From Fistulifera solaris (lineage: Eukaryota): a stretch of 64,000 nucleotides of DNA. Every line of letters begins with the position of its first letter. The stretch's first letter is position 1. Positions 1-11,562 of this stretch are shown here, in pieces. The stretch spans positions 372,001-436,000 of the forward strand of contig AP026164.1 in the NCBI GenBank assembly GCA_030295235.1, in the 5' to 3' direction. A program made the position numbers and the translations under genes. The notes under the pieces were generated by a model. That model worked only from the letters and a program-made list of their open reading frames with translations, searched no databases and had not been told where the DNA came from.

Positions 1-425
1 GGCTCAACCACAATCGTCCTTTTGACTTTTGGATATTGATGCTCTTTGGCCAGCTTTCCATGGTGATCGGTTACCCCCTGCTGAAATTGAGCCCTCGATT
101 CCTCGGCCACAACTTGTCCACATATCTTGTTTATATCTGGAGCCGCTACCATGAAGGAGTCGAAGTCAATATGTTCGAGATGTTCAACACGAAAGCCGAG
201 CTGTTGCCTTGGTTCTTTTTGGCTCAGACATTTCTTTTGGAAGGTGAACCTCCTGTCTTGGACTTTTTGGGGATTGTTTTTGGGCACATTTACCATCATT
301 GCAAAACAGTGGGTATTCTTCGAGCACCAGACGCGCTCGTGGCGTGGTACCATGGAGATTCGGAAGTAGCCAAGAGGATACGAGAAGAATACAAAGTGAT
401 TACGTCCGAGTTTGAGTTGGTATAA
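1..425 (+). CDS. Derlin (Der1-like) membrane protein, 3' part; 5' end lies outside the window
   Basis: Hydrophobic protein with Derlin-type motifs FLGHNLSTYLVYIWSR, LPWF and DFLGIVFGHIYH. Host ERAD versus symbiont-type (SELMA) Derlin cannot be decided because the N-terminus is missing. Confidence 0.8.
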   Translation, partial: LNHNRPFDFWILMLFGQLSMVIGYPLLKLSPRFLGHNLSTYLVYIWSRYHEGVEVNMFEMFNTKAELLPWFFLAQTFLLEGEPPVLDFLGIVFGHIYHHCKTVGILRAPDALVAWYHGDSEVAKRIREEYKVITSEFELV

Positions 426-586
426 AAATGTGGCTATTGACAGTCGATAGTAATGCTAAAAGTAAATGCAAACGTATCAGAATTCATTCTCTTAGTCTCT
501 CGTAGCTTTTTTTCAAGAATATTCTAGCAGGCATGCCCCGCAAAAGCAAGATCTACCGACTCGAGCCCTAAATGACTTCAAGTGCA

Positions 587-1232
587 CTAGCAATTTGTTG
601 AGAAGACGCTTGACTCAAATATTGATCTATCGCCTTTCCCAATTCGTTCAGGGGGGCGAATCAGCTGTTTTACATTAAATTCCGCAGGGTTCTGTTGCTG
701 ATATATATACTCGGCCAAGAAATCGTTGTACGCGACCCAAGCGTCGTTTCGTGAACCATATTGGAGCGTTTGCTTGACGGGAAGATCACTTTCTATAGAC
801 GGTCTACCAGGACCATCAAACCCTTTTGTGTAGTAGACAAGAAAAGCGTTCTGATCGACAAACTTTTGCTTGTACGAAAGAGGATCTGAGTACGCATCGA
901 ACAGACTCTTGAACGACTTTTCGTCCGAGGGCAATGACTTCAATAGAATGTCGATGGTTGCGCTAGAGGGATTCTTTTCAAGAATATCGAGTATTTGTTG
1001 CGATGTGCGCTGCAATTGCAGAATGGGGATCAGAGTTTCTACAGTACCGGTAGCTGGCTTTCGATTCTTTGACGTATCAGCTGACGCTTGCGGAGGTAAA
1101 ATAATGAGAGCAGAATTGAGCGCGACCAGCGTCTTCAGAAAAAGCCCTACGTTCGAGACTAGCAATTGACCATCCTCTACAAATAATAGATACAAGCAGA
1201 ACATGAACGAAAAGCTGTAGGATCCGTCTCAT
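587..1232 (-). CDS. Putative plastid/thylakoid-lumen protein of unknown function (frameshifted)
   Basis: ATG at 1232 gives a signal-like MRRILQLFVHVLLVSIICRGWSI followed by ERRAF. After a frameshift in the A-run near 1140 it reads LKTLVALNSALIILPPQASA (RR...AxA lumenal signal), then a core containing FVDQNAFLVYYTKGFDGPGRPSIE. The 3' end is probably also frameshifted. Confidence 0.55.
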
Positions 1233-1537
1233 TGCTGTCAACTTACACAAGTACTCCTATGAATTTGTGCGGTATAAATGTGCTGAATTCAAAAAAATGC
1301 AGATCGTGAGTCACGCACCCATCCCAGTCCCTTTTGTTATTGCACTATAGCGAATTCAGTGGACACCCCATTGAACGTTGAACAACACTCAATTTTGCGT
1401 GTTTCGCCAGTCCCGCAAGTGTTAGGGGTGCAACGCATTAAGGGATTTCTGATACACTTGCACGATGGAGCGAGTTCCCGAAAAATTTCACTAATTTTTG
1501 CACAAATTGCCTTTAATTGAAAGCACGTGCACGCAAC

Positions 1538-2484
1538 ATGAAGTCGAACTGGAAAAGCAATCGTAAAAAACGCGGATTCTTTTGCTGGTGTTCGGCTAAA
1601 TCGCAACCGAAACTTCCTCCGTCCGAGTTCTTATTGCAAAAGACGCCAAAGTCTTATGCCTACGCCACCTCTCCGATCTCTACAACTCAAGACAGTGACG
1701 ACGACGATGAACGAGCGAGTCTTCTGGATCACTCGTATGATGATGTCCTACCGAATGGCAACAATAGCAAAACGAAGGAAACGAGCGATTCATCGGTTTC
1801 TCCAAAGACCCCACCTCGACTTTCATGGAAAGAAAAATTGGTTCAATCGATTGAACGTCGGAAAAAACTCGGTTGGAACACTCAGAGAGGCTACAGACAA
1901 GTAGATGATACGCTACCGGAAGATGTCCTACCCGATGCAATCAGCAAAGAAAAGGATGTTTCCCCGGATTTTCTACCGCACACCCAGCAAGATACCCGTT
2001 TGACTCTAAGTTCTATATCAACCGGAAGTGCTTTACTTAATTTTTCTTTGAGCGCTGAATATCCTCAATTTGAGCTGGCGGACTTGGACGCAGAAACGAT
2101 GACCGGAAAGTCATAAAAACAGGCAAGAGACGCCCTAAAGAAAAAGAAAAGTTCGCTGCTACCACGAAAGGTAGTTTGAGCGAACCGTATCCTCTCCTGC
2201 ATTCAAAGCGCCGCTCACCTGATTGCGAAGCAAGCACGACATCAACATTGCATACCAGCACTTGCAATGAGGACTCTACGCCATGGAAGAAGATAGAGTC
2301 ATGGGTAGAGAGCCATTCGATTCAAAAGCCGAAACCGATCATAGTCAGAAGACAGCCTCTTTATAGTGCAGATGAAGCCGAGGATGAAGAATTATCTTTT
2401 GCAAACAGCGAGAGTACTCTTTTACGACTTCAGAGACACATTGAAGAACTTAAAAGCGAGAACATTTTTGGCTTTTGCGCTTGA
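1538..2484 (+). CDS. Hypothetical low-complexity protein (two ORFs joined by a probable frameshift near 2110)
   Basis: ORFs 1517-2116 and 2176-2484 are collinear, on the same strand and Ser/acidic-rich. No recognisable domain. Confidence 0.45.
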
Positions 2485-2628
2485 GATATAGGTGTATCAG
2501 CTCCACTGTTATTCGGCAACATTGACTGTGGATGATTTGATTATTATAACGCAACTTACATAACCTGCTCTTTGTGACTTCGTCCACCTTTCTACAATTG
2601 CCTCGTTGCTGTGATTAATTCAATTTTG

Positions 2629-3198
2629 CTAGGATCGCTTCCAAAACATCCACTTTCGTTTCTGCGGGACTTCTATAGACTCCATATAACCTTGCGGGTA
2701 CCATCCAATGGATAAAATATCAGCTTTCTCGTCTCTCGTCCGGCAAAGATGATAGTATTCGCCTGGACCGACATTCTCTTGCAGAATTTCAACTACATCA
2801 CCAACTTTGACCCCTTTCAATCCGTGACTTCCGCCCATCTTGTATTCTTCAACCACCTTACACTCGTAAAGTGTTGGCGAATCTTGATATCGCTCCATCA
2901 TCTCGCGTCGTTTCTCTTCGACCTGGTGTCGTATTTCTTGCACCGTATCTGTGACCTCTTGTTTGTTTTGATACTGCAGGAATCGATCCACTCCAACCAA
3001 GAACAAACTCGAAAATCCCAGCGTTAATAGAATTGTTCCGTCATCCCACCACTGTCGAAGCCGACTCGGTGATTTTTCCGGTGGGTGGTTCTCTGCTGCG
3101 TAAGACCTTGCCTTCGGACGGATCGCCCCAACTCTTCGAGTAACTTTTCGAGAAAGAGTTGCGTGTCGAGCACCGACTCTCAGCACTACTGATGACAT
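2629..3198 (-). CDS. Single-TM protein with mitochondrial-type presequence and C-terminal SH3-like domain
   Basis: Arg-rich N-terminus, TM segment ILLTLGFSSLFLVGV, a coiled coil, then GLKGVKVGDVVEILQE...GWYPQGYMESI resembling the SH3 consensus. Confidence 0.6.
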   Translation of the reverse strand: MSSVVLRVGARHATLSRKVTRRVGAIRPKARSYAAENHPPEKSPSRLRQWWDDGTILLTLGFSSLFLVGVDRFLQYQNKQEVTDTVQEIRHQVEEKRREMMERYQDSPTLYECKVVEEYKMGGSHGLKGVKVGDVVEILQENVGPGEYYHLCRTRDEKADILSIGWYPQGYMESIEVPQKRKWMFWKRS

Positions 3199-4360
3199 AG
3201 TGATGGCGCAAGTGATTGAATAGAATAACTCATGCGAGACGAAGTAAATGAATCGTCAAGTGACTCATTCGCATAATACAGCATACCTGGTACCAGGTAC
3301 TGGTATAGCCGACGAAGGAATTTTGTGTGATGTTGATGCGCGGTGCTGACGATGCGAAATAAATAAGAGCCAATGTTCTTACGTTTCACGACCGAAATCA
3401 GTCACGACTAAGTGATTTTTGTTTGGGGGAACTTCTGTGTTCTGTGTACGTGGTACCTTTTGAGCGGTTGACGGACGGAGTTCTTGTGCAAGGATGTAAA
3501 AGACCCTCTCGCGCAGCCACCAGTTTGGAACCTGATTTGCCTTTTTAACTTTCATATGATGATTCTGCTTGTTTGCAAATCAATCGACTCGCTACATTTT
3601 ATCAAGTAGACTAATAGGTAAGGCAATTGCATTCTACTGGGAATTCCATTCGCTAACAGCAGAAGGCGTCCACAATCATGACATCGTACATACGCCTCTA
3701 GGTATGTCTCTAGCCAGCAATAAATGAAACATGCCTAACCGCAAAAAGATTTCGTTATTTCATGCTTCTGGTATCCTCCGCTTGGCCAACATTCACCAAA
3801 GAAGCGTGGGTTATGATCTTTCATGCAATAAAGATGAGTTTTGCGTACCAGGTACCGCTTCGCTCTCATTCATACATCTCAAAGATCTAAGTTACTCCAT
3901 CCACTAGTCGTCCAAAAGAAAGAACACTCAAGAATCATAGATGTTGCTGAGGCGGCCTTGGTTTGTTGTGTCGTTCGTTCGTAATAAAACAGGCACGACT
4001 GGATTTTAGTCATCAGTGCTGGCTTCTTTCGTTCGTTGTTTCTGCTCCTTCCTTACTTTAAAACTATTGCATGACTTTAGCTTGACTAACCTTTTAAATC
4101 CAAAGTGTAAATCCAGAAACCTTTAATCGTGATGCTACTTGATGACTTAGTAGTAGTAAAGAATGCCTAATATTATGTGTTATAGTGCTTTCTCTAAAGT
4201 CATTTGTAACTTCCATAAGGTTTAATTCTTTGTTAAGTCACTGCGGTCACTGGTTGATGGATGGACTTTTTAAAAAGTTTTTCCGTCCAACACAAAATCC
4301 GGCGAGTAGAATGACAATGGCAAGCGAATCGCATCCTAAAGGATTTGAACAATACACTAC

Positions 4361-6692
4361 CATGCTATCACTGCTATGTATCTCTCTTTTACTACCAGCG
4401 TCGGCGTCAACAATTAGAGGAAGGAGGCACGCAACAGCGAATATTTTTGACCCAATAGCAGCTCATATCGTTGGTGGAATCGAGGTCCCTGATGGAAAGT
4501 ACCCGAGTTATGGCCATGTTGTTAGCGGTCAGCTTTGCGGTGGAACACTCATCCGTCCTGATGTGTTGTTAACAGCTGCTCACTGCTCTTCTGCGTTTCA
4601 ATCGGTTGTCTTTGTTGGATCGACAATGATTTCCGGTGGGCCGAATGGTGAAGAAATAGGAATCAAGCAAATTTTTCCACACGAAGAATATGAGTCGGGT
4701 ACCGAACAAAACGTACGTATTACCCCAGCAGCCAAAATTATGTTTTTTAGATTTGTAGTCAGACTCACGAGATCAACACTATCACCATTCTAGGATATTA
4801 TGCTCGTTTTGCTAGACAAAAGCAGTGCCGCGACGCTGACTACCTTGAACTTCAATGAGCAACTACCTGTTGAGGGTCAAGACGTTACAGTGATCGGATT
4901 CGGCAAAACATCGGAAGATGCAGAAGCTTCTCAAACGTTAATGGAAGTCGAAGTTCAAGTAATCGGTATGGAAGAGTGCCAAAAATTATTGCCTACCCTT
5001 GTGGAGGAGAAAATGAATTTGTGCGCTGGAGTGCTTGAAGGTGGCAAGGATAGCTGCTCAGGCGATAGTGGCGGACCTCTTTACGACTCGAAAAGCGGCG
5101 TTCAATACGGAGTCGTTTCGTTTGGAGTAGGCTGCGCGCGTGAGAATAAACCAGTAAGTGCCCTCTACGATTGCCTTGCTTAAACGTAACTTGAACTTTC
5201 TAAAGATGCGAAACAGGGTGTTTACACTCGCATAAGTAATTACAGGGATTGGATAAGTGCACGCGTTTGTGAAATTTCCTCTAATCCTGGAGAATACTGT
5301 GAATTAGCTGGAAAGACCGAACTTGACAACACTGATGAGCAGCCTCCTGCAGCCGACGAGAGCCATTCAGAGGTAACAGGCGAAGGAGGAACTAATTCTA
5401 CAGTAGGTCACGGAGGAAAACCAGAAGGTGTCAGCAATGGCCATGGAAAACCTGGCACAAAGCCGGGAGACGATCCCGTAGTCGAGGATTCAGGAGGCGG
5501 TGGGTCGGTATCTTTCAATAACACACCTAATGATGAGATAGAGCCTGATGAGCAATCAGGGGATGAGGAGCCAGACATTGATAATTCTGAAGAGGGGGAA
5601 AATAATGTCTTCAATTCGACGATTGATAATGGAGAGAAGCCGTTAGGCGGGGGTCATGGGAAGCCCGGTAACAATTCGCACGGCGTTGAGGACACTGGCG
5701 ACGGTGATCCGGTCAGTTACAATTCCACAATAAGTAACGGTGTCAAACCGGATAACTTCGATCAGGGCAAACCCGACGACAAACCAGAAAAAGATTTTGA
5801 GAACTCCGGGGACGGCGATACTGGCGACTTTAATTCGACATTAGGCCAAGGGGGGAAACCGGATGGTGCTGGTAAAGACAAACCTGGAAGTAAGCCTGTC
5901 GATAAGGAAGAATTTGAGGGCTCAGATGAAACTGAACCAACTGGCCTCAACTCTACACTGGGTAATCAAGGAAAGCCTGAAGGCGTCGGACAAGGCAAAC
6001 CAGAAAACGCAACAGGAGTCAATGAGATTGATGGCAAAGACTCCGAGGATGAAATTGAAAGCGGAGATTCTGATAAAGGCGCGGGTTCAAATTCTACGGC
6101 GGGCGACGAAGCGACTTCGGATGATGGCGGCCAAGGCAAACCCGGTAAGGATTCGGAAGACGATGAAGGAGTCAGCCTCAATTCCACGTCAAGCGACTCG
6201 GATGAACAGGATGACAACTATGAACCCGAGGATTCCAGTGCCACCGAAGTCAACTCCACGCTGAGCGACGAGGATGAATTGGATGACAATGTTGAATCCG
6301 ATTCCAGTGACAATGGACTCAACTCCACATCAACCGACGTGGATGATGTAGATGACGATGTTGAATCAGAGGACTCTAATGACAATGGACTCAACTCCAC
6401 GCTGAGCGGAGGTAAACCAGACGGTGTTGGTGAGGGTAAGCCTGAGAACGGCAATACTTGGAAGCCTGATGTGACTGCCCAAGGAAAGCCCGACGAGCCA
6501 AATGGGAGACAGAGACAACGAGAGAAAAGGAGGGAAAAGCGTTTAGAACGGAACAAAGAAAAGCGGCTAAAACGTCGTCAAGAGCTGCGAAAGAAGACAA
6601 GAATGCAGCGTCGCAGACGTAGAAAGAATGAAAACGATGAGAAGGGAACTGAAACAACCCGATATCTGCAAACTTTCTTCCTCGATTCATAG
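4361..6692 (+). CDS. Secreted trypsin-like serine protease (S1A) with a long acidic repetitive C-terminal tail
   Basis: Signal peptide [41 protein letters not shown] and GVYTR. Introns at about 4713-4793 and 5154-5216. Exon 3 is open in one frame from 5217 to 6692; the ORF track missed most of it because there is no start codon. Confidence 0.9.
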
Positions 6693-6948
6693 GGATCAAG
6701 TTGCATAAGGAATACATGGCGCAACGCCATTGAAGTGCATAATTCATATGAAAACAAAGTTAGAATACTCTCGTTCAAATAGATTCATTATGGGCAACGG
6801 AAGCTGGAGCTGCTGGGGCAACAGGGTTACAGAAACTACAATAACATGCAATTTCTAATAAACAAACGACTATAACATAGCAGTATTATAAGACTTTTGA
6901 TTAAAATTATGTTTAAGGTTCATTCGTTCCACGGCGATAGACAGGCTT

Positions 6949-7727
6949 TTAGTGCCTCGATGTGATCACACTCGGCAATTTTGTCAGCGAAAAATGTGCT
7001 TTGTTCACTATATGCCAGGGATTGTTCCCGCAAGCATTGACTAGTAATTTCGTATGAATCCTTGCACATTCTGCATTCTTTTGCTCGGCCAATACAGCTC
7101 GCACTAATTCCGTTCGACGGTCGCTCAAAAGAGACACTATATGTGGCTCCAATCCTCGAGCAAAACTTTCTTGAATGATTTTTCGCATCGCATCCTCCAG
7201 AATCATCTCCGCCTGAGGCGACTTGTCTCTATAAGAACTAGCAATTGTTTCCACCGCTTCGGTGTAGGTTGGTTCGTATTTTCGAAAGTAATTAACGGCT
7301 TGGATGGCATCGTATCGAATGTCATTCATTTCCTCCCCGAAATCCATAAATCCTTGAGATCTTTTAGAGAATCAATACTGTGAATATGGTTCTTAATACT
7401 ACCATCTTCTTCATCAAATCGAAATTTCTTGACAATTTTTCTGGCCGGCTGGCCAGATGACACGACAGTCTCTGCCATCGTTTCGACATAATCACTCGGA
7501 AGATTAAGGGCACGCGCGTGCCCTTGCATCAAATGCATCAAACTTCGGATCGACATTTTGTTCGCAATAGCCATAAAGACTGCGACATCTTCGTCTTCCT
7601 TTGTGGCATATTTCTTTCGTTTATCGGACTCCTCCTCGCTGTCACTGATCTCGGAAGGGACGGGCAGCTCATCGTCCTCGATCTTTGGGAACGGCGTTTG
7701 CTTTAGATTGTCGGGTATCGGAGGCAT
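6949..7727 (-). CDS. Hypothetical diatom-type protein (frameshift near 7335)
   Basis: ORFs 7326-7727 and 6949-7347 overlap at a C-run. Contains KKFRF...LKDLW...ARGLE...VLAEQ, a pattern common in diatom hypothetical proteins. Confidence 0.55.
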
Positions 7728-8479
7728 GATTGCAATAGAGTAATAAGCACACTATATCCTTCACATCCGATGCAACGCGAGAGTTTGTGGGAAAGCTCTA
7801 GTTGAATGGAGGAGGTCAACAAATCTTGGATTAAACAAAGGGAGACATCAAGACGTTCGTTTTTCTCCGTCGAGTGTACCAGTAACGTTTTTCTGTCAGC
7901 GTCGGCGGCAAAACTTACAACTCTCATTCTATTGCCAACTATGATCAACGACAATGACCGTTTTACCCAATCAATGTCCATAACCTTATTTACTTTGTAA
8001 GCAAGTACTTGTTACCGGACACGAGGGAAGATGTTCTTCTCAATTCATTCCTGCTTTACTGAGTCACTAGTCCGGGTCCTCTTTCAGCTACTTTTGGACG
8101 AAACGGAATTGAATCTTACAAGACCACTCACTCTAAATAAAGTTGTACCCACCTATCCCTACTTATTCTACGTAACAGCTACGCGAAAACCTGTCCTCTA
8201 ATTGCCAAATTATAGCACTCAACATCATAGAGTGCCCCCAAATTATCGTTTCTTTGCCTTTCTTTAACCGATATCCGATCACCCCCCTGATATCCCATAT
8301 GGGATATCAGTACCGGTCAGAAACTGTAATTATACCTGGTACTGTTTCTACGCAAATGTACTAATGATGCTATGAAATCATGGATCTTAAGTTATAAACC
8401 TTTGCAAAACTAACATATCATTGGTTGTTTCCATTGAAAGTCACCGAATAGTGAGTTGACTATATATAGATTACTAATT

Positions 8480-8962
8480 TTAATTTTTTTTCTTTCCTCT
8501 GTTGTTTGTTGTTGTCTGCATCTTCTTGTAATGGGCAAGTGTCAACTGTCTCACATCCTCATTTTTATGAGCCTCACTGAAGCAATCGTGATCACTCTTA
8601 CCATTGAAAACAGAACAAAGGGGAATTCCACAAGTTTCACATCTGTACCTTGACCTACTGTCCCTTCCTTGAATGGAACAATAGGCACATTTGGATCTCT
8701 GGTCATTAGGAATCTTCTCAGCCCTATGTCCTGCCATTGCCACATTCGGTTCATTTCCAGACATCTCTCCTGCAAGACTGGAGATTAGTTTTCCTTTGAA
8801 CTCCACAATATTTGTTGGCTTATAATCATTGACTCTTTGCTTCTGTGACTCGTTGTACAAGACAAGAGCATTAGAAGTCCCAACATCCAGCAAATAGAAG
8901 AAGAGTTTTAACCACCAACGACTTAGTCCCATCACCGTCGAGTTACAGTGCAACCGGAAATC
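8480..8962 (-). pseudogene. piggyBac transposase C-terminal fragment (post-catalytic helix plus Cys-rich domain)
   Basis: RWWLKLFFYLLDVGTSNALVLYN matches the piggyBac (K/R)W..++F.+LD+...NA..LY segment. It is followed by CAYC...RSRYRCETCGIPLC...CFSEAH (Cys-rich domain). The DDD catalytic core is absent. Confidence 0.85.
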
Positions 8963-9349
8963 ATCTTGCTTGGATGGATAAGTTCGCTGAATTGGCCATC
9001 TTCGACTTGAATACCGGATGGATTCAAAATCTGTGCCGACAATTCAATGATTTCGTGAAACTTTTTTGAAAATCCAGTGGTCTCCAAATCAAATACAACA
9101 TAAAGAATATGTTGCCAGTTAAGTATAGGAGGGAATCGAGGAACAAAAGCAGGCATGGGAGGTGTTGGTGGTGCCACAATAACATCATTTTGATGTACGG
9201 TCGTGTCAGGCACTGAATTTTGGGCTGGTAAACGGTTTCGCGCAGGACAATTCCGTTTGTCATGACCTTCGCTTTTGCAAAGGCCACACTTTCGTTTTTT
9301 TTGGTTGTTGTTGTTGATCATTATCAACCAGATTTGCAGGAGACGCCAT
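8932..9349 (-). pseudogene. Transposon-borne CCHC zinc knuckle plus truncated DEDD (DnaQ-like) 3'-5' exonuclease N-terminus
   Basis: ATG at 9349 (MASPANLVDNDQQQQP), then a homopolymer frameshift near 9300. Reads KRKCGLCKSEGHDKRNCP (CX2CX4HX4C), a Pro-rich linker, then YVVFDLETTGFSKKFHEIIELSA...FSELIHP (ExoI motif). Truncated at about 8962. Confidence 0.8.
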
Positions 9350-9860
9350 GGTGATCGAGATATTGGAATGAGAAAAAGGGCCTTGTGTGGGTGACAGACA
9401 GAGCAAAAAGTGCCGACGAGGTGCTCGATATAGCAGATAATAGGATTTGCAATGTCTGCCTAATTTAAAAACAAATTTCAGAACCAATTTACTTAAATAA
9501 CAAGGATTACAATATCAAAATGGGGATTTCGAAAGTTAAACAGAGATTAAGTTAGGTAACGAAATCTTCGCTAAAATGGGGTATGATATCCCAAATGGGA
9601 TATCATGACCGGATATGGGTTAATATGCTGATGATTAAGACACAAGACGCGGCTCGTTTCGTAACGTTTCACAACTACCCACAAGAGCAATCAATTCGAT
9701 CATCAATGATTCCTTGATTATTCAACTAAGTGAAATTCATTGATACCACTTTTGTTAATAGAAGTGCGGGGAGGCGCAAGCGGCAGTCCATTACTTCGCA
9801 ACAGCAAGCAAAAACAGCTTCTATCGACCAGGAGCAATCATCTCTCATCGCTACTCAAAT

Positions 9861-11214
9861 ATGGAGAAGTTTTGGGGATTATCACGCCTATTGCAAACTT
9901 CAGGTAGCAATACAACAGACGAGGGCAATATGAGCGAAACAGGAGGGAATGCACAAGATACCTACGAATTTGTGGCCTTTTTGCTGTGGTATCTTTTTCT
10001 TGTGCTTTGCTGCATCGTTCCGACGTGTTGTGCGTACCGAAGACGGCGGCTGGTGGAACGCCGGCTGGCGCAGCATCATTTTGATTTGCAGCGGTTACAG
10101 CAGCAGCAACTGAACGGGCATCCCAACTTCTTGCTGCTAGATCAGATTTCATCGTCTAACCCTCAATTGCGAAGACATAATGAGGAATACCGCCGCATCC
10201 GCAAAGAAAAAATCTCAGAATCATTGCAAGCAACGACTGTGGTGAGTATGAACTTAAAAAATATTGATTTCGGACATAAGTTTGCGAACTGAACATGATT
10301 CTAATACTGTAATGCTGCGTACAGGTGCTGATGAATAAAGATTTTGAAACGGAAACAGAACACGGTGGAATCCAGTTAGATCTTGCCACGGATGATTACT
10401 TGGGAGAGTTAGACGACTCAACAACGAGAGTGAAACTACCAGTCGGTGCCGCAAATGGAAACCGCAGTGTTTCAGGGTTGTGCGCTATTTGCTTGTGTCC
10501 CTACAGTGCCGGAGAAAAATTAACGTGGTCTCCGGAAACGTCGTGTCAGCATGCTTTTCACAAGGAGTGCATAATACAATGGCTGGCGAAAAAGAGGAAC
10601 TCAAATGTCCAGTTTGTCGACAAGATTATTGTCAACCAATTCACGTGGATGAGTCCTTTCCTGGCTCCGAAGATCTGTTTCTGGATAGTTTTGCTTTAGC
10701 ATTAAACTATGCTCGATCCCACGCATCGCGGTCATGGGCAGGCGAAGTTAGCAGAGGAAGTGGAGCCGGATCGTTCGCGTTCGGCTTTGAACCACCAGTA
10801 AGAGTTCATGTCATGGGAGGTAACAATGAATTTAGTCTTCGCGATCACAGTGAGGGGGTATCTCAGGATATTGAGATGGGCCCTGCCGTGACCTCTGAAA
10901 GCAGTAGTGCTCCACCTCCACTGATCACAGAAAGTAACGCCGGAGAAGGTGAAGTGATTGATTTATCAATCACTGCGGACATTACTGATGATCACGAACA
11001 ACAATTGGAAACGGCGACTGAAAGCTCGAATGGTGGAACCGCTATGGAAGAAGCTTTGATAGCTAATATAGATGAAGGAGTTGCTGTTGCGCGACGTCCA
11101 GACACTGCTGCGGGTGCGAATCTTGATGGCGAAGAGGGCGCGGAAAATATCACAGTAACAGATGCGGGCGGTACGAATGGGCTTGGTGAGGAAGTTTCAA
11201 GGAAAGATTCGTGA
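9861..11214 (+). CDS. Membrane-anchored RING-H2 E3 ubiquitin ligase
   Basis: TM segment FVAFLLWYLFLVLCCIVP and RING CAICL...CQHAFHKECIIQWL...CPVCR. Intron about 10242-10325. A 1-bp deletion in the A-run near 10590 splits the RING. Confidence 0.85.
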
Positions 11215-11562
11215 TGATTTTTTTTAACGATGAGGTCTACTTCGTTTGGTGTTGAACTGCATTATGCACGGTATTTGGCGGTTCCTCAAAGTGAAAGAGA
11301 AGAAAAAAGTATTTCGTTCGCAATTTGCGATCTTCTTCTTTGCAATGCGCTTAGATGAGCGCTGTACCTGGTATTGGCGACATTTTCTGTTTTGTTCACA
11401 GATCACATACAGCTCACGGTTTCTTTTCACCACCTATGTGGCTGTTTTGTGGAGGTGACGGCTAGGGTACGGGTACCCGGTACTTTATGCCATGTATAAA
11501 ACTATAAGCGATGGATATGATTATTATTTTGGCTTATCGTGCTGCCTTTTAACTCTATACTT

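Larger units (their letters stand above)
8268..9619 (-). mobile_element. piggyBac-family DNA transposon, internally deleted non-autonomous copy (1352 bp)
   Basis: TTAA on both sides (8264-8267, 9620-9623). Terminal IRs are CCGATATCCGATCA (left) and CCCATATCCGGTCA (right, reverse complement), a 12/14 match. A subterminal TGATATCCCATWTGGGATATCA occurs at both ends. Interior is AT-rich and encodes a piggyBac transposase C-terminus. Confidence 0.9.

Noticed and set aside
5408..6556. Ser/Pro-rich minus-strand ORFs and the alternative-frame ORF 5863-6264
   Set aside because: They are shadows of the low-complexity trypsin tail encoded on the plus strand.
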